Assembly (NCBI GenBank): GCA_048886685.1
Contig: JBHLKM010000013.1
Span: forward strand, 1 to 64,000
Direction of reading: 5' to 3'
Length of the DNA: 64,000 bases
Source of the DNA: Candidatus Hodarchaeota archaeon
Lineage (GTDB): Archaea > Asgardarchaeota > Lokiarchaeia > Sigyniarchaeales > SOKP01
The translations under genes were made by a program, and so were the position numbers. Numbering within the stretch: position 1 is the stretch's first letter; the number at the start of each line of letters is the position of its first letter. The notes under the pieces are model-generated. The model did no database searches. It worked only from the letters and a program-made list of their open reading frames with translations, and was not told where the DNA came from. Below are positions 1 through 10,272 of the stretch, piece after piece.

Positions 1-2140
1 GATTGGTCGGGAAATTTCACTTTTAGCGGATCAACTGGACAGATAAATCAAGGAGCGTGGGATTTGTTCGGAAACGGGACTGTTACGATTCGGTTTTATG
101 CCAATGATACTTTAGGAAACTTCATATGGGAGGAAGTAGTCGTGAGAAAAGATGTTGAACCTCCTTCTATAATATTTAATTCACCAACGCCTAACCAATT
201 ATTCGGAACCACTGCTCCTGATTTCGATATAACAATTATAGATCCACAGGGACTAAATACATCTTGGTACCAATTGCATAATGGTACCGATTGGTCGGGA
301 AATTTCACTTTTAGCGGATCAACTGGACAGATAAATCAAGGAGCGTGGGATTTATTCGGAAACGGAACTGTTACGATTCGATTTTATGCCAATGATACTT
401 TAGGAAACCTCGGATGGGAGGAAATAATAGTGAGGAAAGATATTGAAATTCCTTCAATTACAATTAATTCACCCACACCCAGCCAGTTATTTGGAACCAT
501 TTCTCCTGATTTTGATGTAATAATTACAGATCCCTCGGGACTAAATACAACATGGTACCAGCTACATAATGGTACCGATTGGTCAGGAAATTTCACTTTT
601 AGCGGATCAACTGGACAAATAGATCAAGGAGCGTGGGATTTGTTCGGAAATGGAACTGTCACTATTAGATTTTATGCCAATGATAGTGCGGGAAATCTTA
701 TATGGGATGAAGTAGTCGTAAGAAAAGACATTGAACTTCCATCAATTACAATTAATTCACCTACGCCTAACCAATTATTCGGAACCACTGCTCCTGATTT
801 CGATATAACAATTATAGATCCACAGGGAATAAATACATCTTGGTACCAATTGCATAACGGTACCGATTGGTCAGGAAATTTCACTTTTAGCGGATCAACT
901 GGACAGATAGATCAAAGTGCCTGGGACTTATTCGGAAACGGGACTGTTACGATTCGGTTTTATGCCAATGATAGTGCAGGAAATCTTGTATGGGAGGAAG
1001 TAATCGTGAGAAAAGATATTGAACTTCCTTCTATCGCAATTAATTCCCCGGTACCCAACCAAATATTCGGAACCACGGCACCCGATTTTGACGTAATTAT
1101 TGCGGATCCATCAGGAATCCATACGACTTGGTATCAACTGCATAATGGTACCGATTGGTCGGGAAATTTCACTTTTATCGGATCAACTGGACCGATAGAT
1201 CAAAGTGCGTGGGATTTGTTCGGAAATGGAACCGTTACAATTAGATTTTATGCCAATGATACATTAGGAAACCTCGGATGGGAGGAATTAGTAGTGAGGA
1301 AAGATATTGAACTTCCTTCGATTACAATTAATTCACCCACACCCAACCAATTATTCGGAACTACTGCTCCTGATTTCGATGCAACAATTACAGACCCATC
1401 CGGAATCCATACAAAATGGTACCAGCTACATAATGGTACAGATTGGTCAGGGAATTTCACTTTTAGCGGATCAACCGGACAGATAGATCAAAGTGCATGG
1501 GACTTGTTCGGAAATGGAACTGTCACTATTAGATTTTATGCCAATGATAGTGCAGGAAATCTTATATGGGAGGAATTAGTCGTGAGAAAAGATGTTGAAC
1601 CTCCTTCCATTACAATTAATTCGCCTATGCCCAACCAATTATTTGGAACCGTTGCACCCAATTATAACGTAACAATTACAGATCCACAGGGAATAAATAC
1701 ATCTTGGTACCAATTATATAATAGTACCTATTGGTCAGGTAATTTCACTTTTAGCGGATCAACTGGACAGATAGATCAAAGTGCGTGGGATTTGTTTGGA
1801 AATGGAACTATCACTATTAGGTTCTATGCAAATGATACATTTGGCAATCTTGGGTATGAAGAAATAATTGTACAGAAGGACATCTTAGCACCAATTATTA
1901 CAGTAAATTCTCCAACACCTAACCAGCTTTGTATTCATGAAGTCCCTAATTTTGACCTCACATTCACTGAAGGGAATTTGAATGTAACTTGGTATACCAT
2001 AGATGGTGGATTAACGAACTTCACTTTTACAGGAACAAGTGGAACGATTGATCAAATAGCATGGAATAGATCCCCCAATGGAACTGTTACTATTAGATTT
2101 TATGCAAACGATACATTTGGAAACCTAGGTTATAGTGAAG
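1..2140 (+). repeat. Intragenic 288-bp tandem repeat (about 7 units, last one degenerate)
   Basis: GATTGGTC(G/A)GG recurs at 1, 289, 577, 865, 1153 and 1441, with a variant at 1729; the protein repeats every 96 aa. Confidence 0.95.
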
Positions 2141-2619
2141 TATCTGTTGTTTATAATAAATATACTCCAAAACCATTCATTTTATCATCCGATGCAGATT
2201 CTCCAGATACTGATGGTCAATTTGTACTGAATTGGACGATTTCCGTTGGAGCAGATAATTATACAATATATATGTATAACAGCTTAATTACTGATATTAA
2301 TTCAAGCGTGATAATGATAACAGAAGGTATAACTTATCTTAACTATTCGATAACTGTTGAAAGTGGTATTTATTACTTCTTAATCGTTTCTTTTAATAAT
2401 ACAGGACACACTCATTCAAATAATCTAATTATTACAGTTGAAATTCTTGCAGATAAACCGTTTGATTTAGCTGAATTTTTAACCGAACCATTTACTTTAT
2501 ACTATTTTGGCGGTTTAGTAGTAGCTATTTCCCTTTCAATCATAATCCGGAGAAAGAGATACTATAAATCCAGCAGCAGAGAAATTAGCAGAATTCATGA
2601 GATAAGACGAAAAGAATAA
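1..2619 (+). CDS. Membrane-anchored surface (glyco)protein with tandem 96-aa beta-rich/Ig-like repeats; 5' end lies outside the window
   Basis: The frame is open from base 1 (GAT TGG TCG = DWS). Repeats contain many N-x-S/T sequons (NGT, NFT, NDT, NTS). C-terminal TM helix (LYYFGGLVVAISLSIII) is followed by a basic RRKR tail. Confidence 0.8.
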   Translation, partial: DWSGNFTFSGSTGQINQGAWDLFGNGTVTIRFYANDTLGNFIWEEVVVRKDVEPPSIIFNSPTPNQLFGTTAPDFDITIIDPQGLNTSWYQLHNGTDWSGNFTFSGSTGQINQGAWDLFGNGTVTIRFYANDTLGNLGWEEIIVRKDIEIPSITINSPTPSQLFGTISPDFDVIITDPSGLNTTWYQLHNGTDWSGNFTFSGSTGQIDQGAWDLFGNGTVTIRFYANDSAGNLIWDEVVVRKDIELPSITINSPTPNQLFGTTAPDFDITIIDPQGINTSWYQLHNGTDWSGNFTFSGSTGQIDQSAWDLFGNGTVTIRFYANDSAGNLVWEEVIVRKDIELPSIAINSPVPNQIFGTTAPDFDVIIADPSGIHTTWYQLHNGTDWSGNFTFIGSTGPIDQSAWDLFGNGTVTIRFYANDTLGNLGWEELVVRKDIELPSITINSPTPNQLFGTTAPDFDATITDPSGIHTKWYQLHNGTDWSGNFTFSGSTGQIDQSAWDLFGNGTVTIRFYANDSAGNLIWEELVVRKDVEPPSITINSPMPNQLFGTVAPNYNVTITDPQGINTSWYQLYNSTYWSGNFTFSGSTGQIDQSAWDLFGNGTITIRFYANDTFGNLGYEEIIVQKDILAPIITVNSPTPNQLCIHEVPNFDLTFTEGNLNVTWYTIDGGLTNFTFTGTSGTIDQIAWNRSPNGTVTIRFYANDTFGNLGYSEVSVVYNKYTPKPFILSSDADSPDTDGQFVLNWTISVGADNYTIYMYNSLITDINSSVIMITEGITYLNYSITVESGIYYFLIVSFNNTGHTHSNNLIITVEILADKPFDLAEFLTEPFTLYYFGGLVVAISLSIIIRRKRYYKSSSREISRIHEIRRKE

Positions 2620-2623
2620 TGAA

Positions 2624-2653
2624 TTTTTTACCTTTTTTTTTTTATTTTATTTT
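2624..2653 (+). terminator. Oligo-T tract between convergent genes (archaeal-type terminator)
   Basis: Long T runs directly after the surface-protein stop codon. Confidence 0.45.
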
Positions 2654-2656
2654 GAA

Positions 2657-4132
2657 TTAATAGCTTTTAGCAATATACACAGTACAAGTTGCAGGTTCTC
2701 CACAAATTAAACATGTTGCAAACTCGTGTTTTTCTTCATCAACTCGTTTTCCTCTCACTTCTCCACCAATTTCTTTTTCAACTACTTCAGCACATTTCTC
2801 CCCATCGTGATCAATTGAGCAAAATCCACAACAAACGATTTTGCCATTATTTATTGCTTCAGTGGCAGCATCCTTCTCATATACACATTCTATTTGAGAC
2901 TCAAAATCAATCAATGACTTCTCTTTTATCTCCTTTGTGTAATTCTGGGCAATTTCTTCTACTTTTTCCTCTAAATCTGTCTCTTTTACTATAAATTTTT
3001 CCCCATCATGACGTTTTACTAAAATTAATTGTTTCTTCTCAAGATCTTGTGGTCCTATTTCTATTCTGATTGGTACACCTCTTAATTCCCAGAAATAAAA
3101 TTTATTACCAACTGATTCATCAGAATCATCTAATTTGACGATGTATTTATCTTTAAGCAGGTTTTCTATTTCTATTGCTTTCTTTAAAACAACATCTTCT
3201 TTACCTTTGTAGAATATTGGAATTATAATTATCTGGACCGGAGCAAGATCAAAAGGTAATATTAATCCCTTGTTATCCCCGAGATATGCAATCATAGCTC
3301 CATAATTTCTACTTTGAGCAGGACCATAACAAGTCTGATAACCATATTTCTCCTCTCCATCTTTATCAACAAATTTTACATTAAATGGCTTTGAAAAATT
3401 CTGCCCAAGTAAATGTGTTGAGGGCAACTGTAATACTTTTCCAGATCCCATTAATGCATCAGCTGCATATGTATGAATTGCTCCTGCAAATTTATCCCAT
3501 TCCGGTCTTTGAAAAAAGATTATAGGGATACAACACTCATCTTGAAGAATCTGATAAGTAGATTCCATATCTTCTTTAACTTGATTAATTGCATCCCCCA
3601 TTGTGGCAAAAACATTATGAGATTCAATCCAATGAAATTCTCTCCCTCTTAGAAATGGTCTTGTCATTTTTCCCTCATATCTCCAAACTTGGCATGAAAG
3701 ATATCTTTTAAAGGGTAGATCCTTATAACTTCTTATCCACATAGAATACATTTTATATAACGCAGTTTCGCTGGTTGGACGTAATGCCAAACGTTCTGTT
3801 AATTTACCAGAGCTACCTGCTTCTGTCACCCAGAATACTTCTGGAGCAAACCCCTCTACATGTTTTGCTTCTAATAAGAAATTTGATTCAGGAATAAGAG
3901 AGGGCATTGTTAATGGGAGATGTCCTTTAGCATCTAACAAATCTTCAGTCTTTTTATACATTTTTCTAATCGTGATTGTTGCCCATTCTCTATATACAAC
4001 GAAACCTTTGATATTATACCTAATATCGGCTAATTCTGCTTTATTAATCAATTCTGTGTACCAACCAGAAAAATCTTCTTTTTTTGATACAGTTATCCCC
4101 GTTATTGGAACTTCATTCTTCTTTTTTGCCAT
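2657..4132 (-). CDS. proS: Proline--tRNA ligase (archaeal/eukaryotic type)
   Basis: Motifs HVEGFAPEV, LALRPTSET, RPFLRGREFHW, HLLGQNFSKPF, and a C-terminal Cys-containing tail ending AKSY. Confidence 0.97.
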   Translation of the reverse strand: MAKKKNEVPITGITVSKKEDFSGWYTELINKAELADIRYNIKGFVVYREWATITIRKMYKKTEDLLDAKGHLPLTMPSLIPESNFLLEAKHVEGFAPEVFWVTEAGSSGKLTERLALRPTSETALYKMYSMWIRSYKDLPFKRYLSCQVWRYEGKMTRPFLRGREFHWIESHNVFATMGDAINQVKEDMESTYQILQDECCIPIIFFQRPEWDKFAGAIHTYAADALMGSGKVLQLPSTHLLGQNFSKPFNVKFVDKDGEEKYGYQTCYGPAQSRNYGAMIAYLGDNKGLILPFDLAPVQIIIIPIFYKGKEDVVLKKAIEIENLLKDKYIVKLDDSDESVGNKFYFWELRGVPIRIEIGPQDLEKKQLILVKRHDGEKFIVKETDLEEKVEEIAQNYTKEIKEKSLIDFESQIECVYEKDAATEAINNGKIVCCGFCSIDHDGEKCAEVVEKEIGGEVRGKRVDEEKHEFATCLICGEPATCTVYIAKSY

Positions 4133-4211
4133 AGAATATCATTAAAAGAAATATTGTAAAAGATAAATATTTTATGACTATGTCTCTGAAAATGATATTC
4201 CTATACTACTA

Positions 4212-5186
4212 TTATTTTTTCAAATCACCTAAAATTTGCTCTAATTCTTGATATAATTTTGGATAAAATTTGGCAAATAAACGATACCAATCAAGACCAA
4301 TTATCCCACTAGCAAAAAAACAAAGTATAAAACCAATGAATACTATTGTTTCGTGGCTTAAATTGAAAATTTCTTTAGGTAAAAAATCTACTCCATGAAT
4401 AAACATATTTACAGCAAAACTATTTAGTAAAATCCCAAAAGGATAATATAAACCTCTTGGATTTTTAAAAAATTGTAATGAATCATGAGAAATTTGATTG
4501 AAGGTTGATGATATTCTATTTCCAGACTGATCCTTTCTTTTTTCGATAAGCTTAAGTCTAAAAATATCTCTTCTATCTCTCAAAATCAAAAAACTTCCAC
4601 TAACTAAAAATAAAAATAACAAAATCATGTCTATTGCTAAGAATATTCTTAATCTCTTCTTCAATACTTCATGTTGGATCATCAAAAAACGAATTAGCAA
4701 TAGGAAAATAGCCAATATTATAAATAAAATGCCAACAAACCCTTCATGTACGTGATAATTCTTAATAATTTTCCATTTTCTATTAGGATTAGAGTTATTC
4801 TTGATATATTTGATCATATACAATGTAAAACCTGGAGATAGAATAGAAATGCATATAATAGCTGCGCAATTTCTTATGGCAGCCCAATTCCATAAACCGA
4901 GTTCAATCTTATAAAATTCAAGGAAATAGATCCCTATCCATAAGAATGTTCCAAATGAAATTACTATGCCAAAAATTATATTATAAACTGTACTGTTAAT
5001 CAGAAAGAAGGTTATATAAAAAAAGGCAATAAAATAGAAAATTGTAATCATCCAATTGACTTTCAAATCTAAAGAATCCCATTCAAACTTTTGATTGCAA
5101 TAGAAAAAATAATACAAAACAATAAAACTAAAAATTAGAAGAAAAAAAAGAATAATTCTCCTTAATCCAAACCAAAATTTTCTCAT
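4212..5186 (-). CDS. Polytopic membrane protein, unknown function
   Basis: 324-aa ORF with about 8 hydrophobic segments. Confidence 0.7.
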   Translation of the reverse strand: MRKFWFGLRRIILFFLLIFSFIVLYYFFYCNQKFEWDSLDLKVNWMITIFYFIAFFYITFFLINSTVYNIIFGIVISFGTFLWIGIYFLEFYKIELGLWNWAAIRNCAAIICISILSPGFTLYMIKYIKNNSNPNRKWKIIKNYHVHEGFVGILFIILAIFLLLIRFLMIQHEVLKKRLRIFLAIDMILLFLFLVSGSFLILRDRRDIFRLKLIEKRKDQSGNRISSTFNQISHDSLQFFKNPRGLYYPFGILLNSFAVNMFIHGVDFLPKEIFNLSHETIVFIGFILCFFASGIIGLDWYRLFAKFYPKLYQELEQILGDLKK

Positions 5187-5308
5187 GAAATCTAAATAAA
5201 ATTCTAATTCTTAATTATATTTTGTCAAACATATTTAAGAATGTTCATAATAGAGTTGAAATTTAAAAGAATAATATCAACCATAAGTTAATTAAGGAAT
5301 AAGAAGTG

Positions 5309-6055
5309 TTAACCTTCATCAGGAAGTAGTTTTGCATCGGTAATGATAGTACCATTCCTGATGACTGATTCATAGTTTTTAGAATCCAAATACTTCTTTA
5401 TTTGTTCTCCAATTTTGGTTAAGTTCCTAAAATCTTGGTCTTCGTCTATCTCGTAGATAATTATTGATTCTGCAGATTCTAAGTCTTCTTTACTTAAGTT
5501 ATCAGCAACCATTATCATAACTGAACTTGCGCCTTCGAGTATAGCTATTTTTTTGATTTCTTCTTCTAAAGAACCAAAAGTAAAATAATTCCTACTCTTT
5601 TGTTCTATTTTTGCTAATAAAACGTTCTCTAAATTCTGACGTGAATTCTGATCATAAAAAGCAGTTAATTCTTGAGCACAAATATTTTTGTATTTCCCCG
5701 AAATCAAAATTTCTTTATCATTAATAAACTCTATTAATTTCTCATAATATTCTTGGTCAATTTTCTGAAAATTTTCGATATTTCTTACTAAATCCGTTAA
5801 TTTAAAGATTAAATCATAATAAAATTTTAAAGTAGATTTAATAATTAGCTTATCATTCATTTCTTTTATTTCTGGATAATATTTCTTAAGTATAAGATTG
5901 ATATTTTGATTAAAAGCAGCACATAATTTTGCAATTTCATTGATATTTTTTACAGATTTTTTTGTTAGTTGGATAAGTAGGGAATCATCTAAGATAGATA
6001 ATTGTTCAAACACTTCCTTAATCTTAGTAGAATATTTTTTTTCTATATAGCTCAT
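5309..6055 (-). CDS. Hypothetical helical protein (start probably ATG at 6055, MSYIEKK)
   Basis: Long open frame with host-like composition; no family motif recognised. Confidence 0.65.
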   Translation of the reverse strand: MSYIEKKYSTKIKEVFEQLSILDDSLLIQLTKKSVKNINEIAKLCAAFNQNINLILKKYYPEIKEMNDKLIIKSTLKFYYDLIFKLTDLVRNIENFQKIDQEYYEKLIEFINDKEILISGKYKNICAQELTAFYDQNSRQNLENVLLAKIEQKSRNYFTFGSLEEEIKKIAILEGASSVMIMVADNLSKEDLESAESIIIYEIDEDQDFRNLTKIGEQIKKYLDSKNYESVIRNGTIITDAKLLPDEG

Positions 6056-6174
6056 ACCTTTATAAAATAGATATAAATACACCTATTTAATGTTAATTTT
6101 TCAAATAATTCCATGAGAAGGCTATTAAAACGTGTAATTGAGTATAATTTTAAATAAAGAATATACTTTAAATC

Positions 6175-7377
6175 TTAAAGAAAGAAAATTTTGGTCGCAG
6201 TCATAACAGCTCCACTTATAATTGGGACTGTAAAATTGTCATTTATCCCTATAGGCAAAAGTTCAATTAAGGGAGCTGCAATTCCTCCAGAGATAAGTAT
6301 AATCAATGGTATATCTAATGTAGTATAAAGAATAAATCCTGAGATAATAACAGATCCTACATACGCAAGTGTGCCTTCAACAGTTTTTTCAAATATTTTG
6401 TGTCGCCCATATGCTAATCCAAATATTTTACCAAACATATCACCAAAAATAAGGAAAACCAGAGCAGTAATAGCGATTTCAATCTCAAAAAAAAGCAAAA
6501 TAATAAATGTAGAAATTAAAAAAATAGTCATCGAAGAGAATTTTGATTCCTCTCCTTTTCTAAAAATTGCTTTAGTTTTTTCAGTTAATAAGATATTCGT
6601 TTGTTTATGAAGAAATCTAAAGAGATCTAGACCAATAAAACATAAACTAACGATACCTATAACAAAAAGCCCAAGCTGTTTACCAATAAAATAAAAAATA
6701 AGAAATAACATTGCTACTGGACGTATAGCAACTCTCCACCAATTTTCTAAAAATTCTTCATCGGTAATTACCAATTTTTTCTCAGTAATTACTTTATACA
6801 TTCCAACATTAGCAATATGAACTAATATTATGATAAAAAAGAGGTTATATCCACTCGTAGGATAGAATAGAAATACTGAATATCCGAGTAAAGGAAATAA
6901 AATAACGGGTAATAAGGATCCCACTTTAGAAATATAGGTAAATATTGCTACAAGTATTAAAATAAAGATTATAACAGAGAAAATTTCAAAACTAACTGTT
7001 AAATAATTCAAAAGATAATAAAGAAGTATTCCTGTCGCTGTAGCAATCCCTTGTCCCCCTCGAAAGTCCAAATAAAAGGGAAAAACATGCCCGATGATGG
7101 CTGCCAAACCGCTAATCTGTATAAAAATAAAATCTGCTCTTAGTGAATACGCTATTAACATTGCTAATAATCCTTTTAATGTATCATATAAGGCTGTAGG
7201 TATAGCATACGTAATCCCTAGAACTTTAAACGCATTTGCCGTTCCGGCATTTTTTGTACCTTCTTCTCTTATATCAATACCTTTTAATTTACCAAAAATA
7301 AACGCAGGTAATATACCACCAAGAATATATCCAATTAAAATGCTTAAAATATCTATAATGGTATCAAAAAAATTCAT
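6175..7377 (-). CDS. plsY: PlsY-type glycerol-3-phosphate acyltransferase domain fused to a CTP-dependent lipid-kinase-like domain (dolichol/phytol/DGK1 family), copy 1
   Basis: PlsY motifs DIREEGTKNAG and GHVFPFYLDFRGGQGIAT; C-terminal GDMFGKIFG...KTVEGT...NDNFTVP. Confidence 0.8.
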   Translation of the reverse strand: MNFFDTIIDILSILIGYILGGILPAFIFGKLKGIDIREEGTKNAGTANAFKVLGITYAIPTALYDTLKGLLAMLIAYSLRADFIFIQISGLAAIIGHVFPFYLDFRGGQGIATATGILLYYLLNYLTVSFEIFSVIIFILILVAIFTYISKVGSLLPVILFPLLGYSVFLFYPTSGYNLFFIIILVHIANVGMYKVITEKKLVITDEEFLENWWRVAIRPVAMLFLIFYFIGKQLGLFVIGIVSLCFIGLDLFRFLHKQTNILLTEKTKAIFRKGEESKFSSMTIFLISTFIILLFFEIEIAITALVFLIFGDMFGKIFGLAYGRHKIFEKTVEGTLAYVGSVIISGFILYTTLDIPLIILISGGIAAPLIELLPIGINDNFTVPIISGAVMTATKIFFL

Positions 7378-7495
7378 AATTCTACACTTTTGTTAACACT
7401 AATCTTATACTTTGTTTAAAATAATATAAAGATTAAGGTTTTAGAATTATTTTGAGAATTATTAAAATAAATTGAAAAAAACTACAAAATTTTTT

Positions 7496-8710
7496 TTAGA
7501 AACCAAATAACATAAAGGCACTCATAACCGAACCACTTATCATTGGAACCGTAAAATTGTCATTCATTCCTAAAGGAAGAGCTTCTGAAAAAGTTGCTGC
7601 AACTCCTCCCGCTATTAGAATAGCCAAGTTAATATCCACTAAAGTATAAATAAAATATCCACAAATAACTATAGTACCAAAATAAGCAAGAGTTCCTTCA
7701 ACAGATTTGTCAAAAAATTTATGTTGTCCAAACGCCAGCCCAAATATTTTAGCAAACATATCACCAAATGTGAGAAAAACTAACGCAGTTATTGCTATCT
7801 CAATCTCAAATAACAATATAATTATAAAAGTAGAAATTATAAATATTGTCATTGATGAAAATTTCTTTTCTTCTCCCTTTCTAAAAATTGCCTTAGTTTT
7901 TTCTGTTAATAATACATTTGTTTGTTTATGAAGAAATCTAAAGAGATCTAGACCAATAAAACATAAGCTCACAATACCTATTAAAGTAAGAGCTACTGTC
8001 CTAGAATATACAAAATAAAATAGCAGAAACAGAAGAGTAACCGGTCTTATCGCTACCCTCCACCAACTAGATTTAAAGTTCTCATTCTCTATCTTAAATA
8101 ATTTTAATGTAATTGCAGTATAAATACCAAATGAGATAAGAAAAGCAAGAATTATCCAAGAAAAGATATTATAAGGATTATCTGGATAATGTAAATAAAT
8201 CATATACCCATAAACTGGTAAAGGGAACACCATTGGCATAGATTTTTTAGATGATTTTCTAGATGCTAGATAAAATATTGCATATATAGACCCTAGAAAT
8301 AACATAAAGTAAAAGAACTCAAGAGTAATAAAATATTGAGTAAACATATAAAGAAGCATTAATCCTGTAGCTGTTGCTATTCCTTGACCCCCTCGAAAGT
8401 GCATATAAAAAGGAAAAATGTGTCCCACAACCGCGGCCATTCCGCTGATATGAGCAAAAACAAAATCAGCACCAATTCCAAGTGCTATAAAAATAGCAGC
8501 TATGCCCTTTAATGTGTCATAACATGCTGCTAGAAGCCCATAATGAAAACCTAAAACAAGTGTGAGATTTGAAGTACCTGCATTCCCCGTTCCTTCTTCT
8601 CGTATGTCAATTCCTTTTAATTTTCCTAAAAAATAACTAGGATTAATTGATCCTAAACCATACCCTATTAAAATTCCTAAGATCCCTACTAAAATGTCTA
8701 AAAAATCCAT
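7496..8710 (-). CDS. plsY: PlsY/CTP-dependent lipid-kinase-like fusion, copy 2 (tandem paralogue)
   Basis: DIREEGTGNAGTSN, GHIFPFYMHFRGGQGIAT, GDMFAKIFG...KSVEGT...NDNFTVP. Confidence 0.8.
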   Translation of the reverse strand: MDFLDILVGILGILIGYGLGSINPSYFLGKLKGIDIREEGTGNAGTSNLTLVLGFHYGLLAACYDTLKGIAAIFIALGIGADFVFAHISGMAAVVGHIFPFYMHFRGGQGIATATGLMLLYMFTQYFITLEFFYFMLFLGSIYAIFYLASRKSSKKSMPMVFPLPVYGYMIYLHYPDNPYNIFSWIILAFLISFGIYTAITLKLFKIENENFKSSWWRVAIRPVTLLFLLFYFVYSRTVALTLIGIVSLCFIGLDLFRFLHKQTNVLLTEKTKAIFRKGEEKKFSSMTIFIISTFIIILLFEIEIAITALVFLTFGDMFAKIFGLAFGQHKFFDKSVEGTLAYFGTIVICGYFIYTLVDINLAILIAGGVAATFSEALPLGMNDNFTVPMISGSVMSAFMLFGF

Positions 8711-8924
8711 AGATTCAAAATTAAGTTAATAATAATCTATATTTGATTTAAGATAATAAAAAGGTTAAGATCTAAAAAATATAAAAATAAAAAAACAAAA
8801 TTAAAATTTTTTACCTTTTCTGTAAGTAAATTAGCTTTTATGATGAGAATATTATTTTTAACTATAGGTTTATATGAAAAGTAATATTATTTTCTACGGT
8901 ATAGCATCTACTATTCGACATATA

Positions 8925-10096
8925 ATGAATTCAAAAGAGCATGTCAATGCAGCAATCCGCTTCAATAATCCTGTTAAAGTACCTGTTTTTAATCTAATAG
9001 CAGGAGATATTTTACCCTTACCTATCACCTACTCTAAGAACTAGAAACCCGGGTGGAATGAAGGAGAAGAAGGATTATTTCCTCATGTTAGAGACGTTTA
9101 TGAATGGGATAGACCAGATTGGGCAAATAGAAATCCAGAATTCGAAGGAACAAAGTGGAGAAAAATTCCACATGAAGAAATTGATGAATGGGGTTGTATA
9201 TGGAACATGAAAGGAAATGATCAAAATATGGGGCATCCAGGAAGAGCTATATTGTTAGATTGGGAAAATTATGATGATTATATGGAAAAATATACCCCAG
9301 ATGCAGATGATAAAACCAGATTTGAATTCGCTTTTAAACTAAAAAATAACGTTAATGAGGATCATTACCTGATGATAATATTGCCAACATTCGGACCATC
9401 TCAGGTTGTAGCTGCTATGAGAGGTTTTAATACATATTTAATTGATCATAAAAATCATCCACAAGAACTTAAACAAGCGCTAGAACTAGTAGCAGATTAT
9501 CATGTTAAGTTGATAAAAGCTTCTTTTAAATATGGTTTAAATTCTGACGGAATCTGGTTAGTAGATGACTTAGGAGAGCAAAAAGGACCGTTTTTTGGTC
9601 CAAAAATGTTCAAAAAACACTATGAATCTTCTTATAAATATATTATTGACGAAGCTCATGCTCTTGGAGTGGATGTACATCATCATTGTTGCGGAAAAAT
9701 GATCCATTATTGCCTGTTTTAATAGAATGGGGCCTTGATGCTATTGAGCTTGATAGTCCAAAAATGAGTGGATACCCCGATCTGAATCCTTATCGTGGTA
9801 AAATAATGTTTTGGGCGTGTGTTAATATTCAATCTATCTATACTCTAGGCACACCTGAAGAAGTAGAACGAGAAGTATGGCATATGATAAGAAATCTCGG
9901 TACAAAAAATGGTGGATTTGGAGCTTATTTTTATCCCACCCCTAATGATTTAAGAACCCCAAGAAAAAATATTAGAGCTTTTGGGAGAGGGCTTGAAAAA
10001 CATAGGGATTATTCAAAAATCCCTTCCCATTGGTGCGATTATCTAATAAAGGACGAATGGAAGGATTTTGAAGTTCCTCCTTTTCCACCGTTATAA
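8925..10096 (+). pseudogene. Disrupted uroporphyrinogen-decarboxylase / MtaA-like methyltransferase family gene
   Basis: ATG at 8925 (MNSKEHVNAAIRFNNPVKVP), in-frame TAG at 9042-9044, then DEWGCIW, DDLGEQKG and HCCGK. A 1-nt deletion near 9700 joins it to ORF 9686..10096 (DPLLPVLIEWGLD...GTPEEVE). Confidence 0.8.
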
Positions 10097-10272
10097 ATAT
10101 AAAGTGTTAAAATAAAATATAGATCCTATTATAATGTCAAGTAAATCCATATTTTGACACTTAAAGTAGAAAAAAATCCTATCTTTGATTTAAAAAAATA
10201 AAAGGTTTAAAGGCAAAAAATATAAAAAAAAATAAAAAAAATAAACAGTATGTTCAGAATAGTGAAATCATA

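Noticed and set aside
96-1460. Four similar 70-aa minus-strand ORFs
   Set aside because: Antisense shadows of the 288-bp coding repeat.
9042-9044. In-frame TAG read as pyrrolysine
   Set aside because: The gene also has a frameshift, the context suggests TGG>TAG, Pyl is known from MtmB/MtbB/MttB rather than this family, and no pyl genes are in the window.
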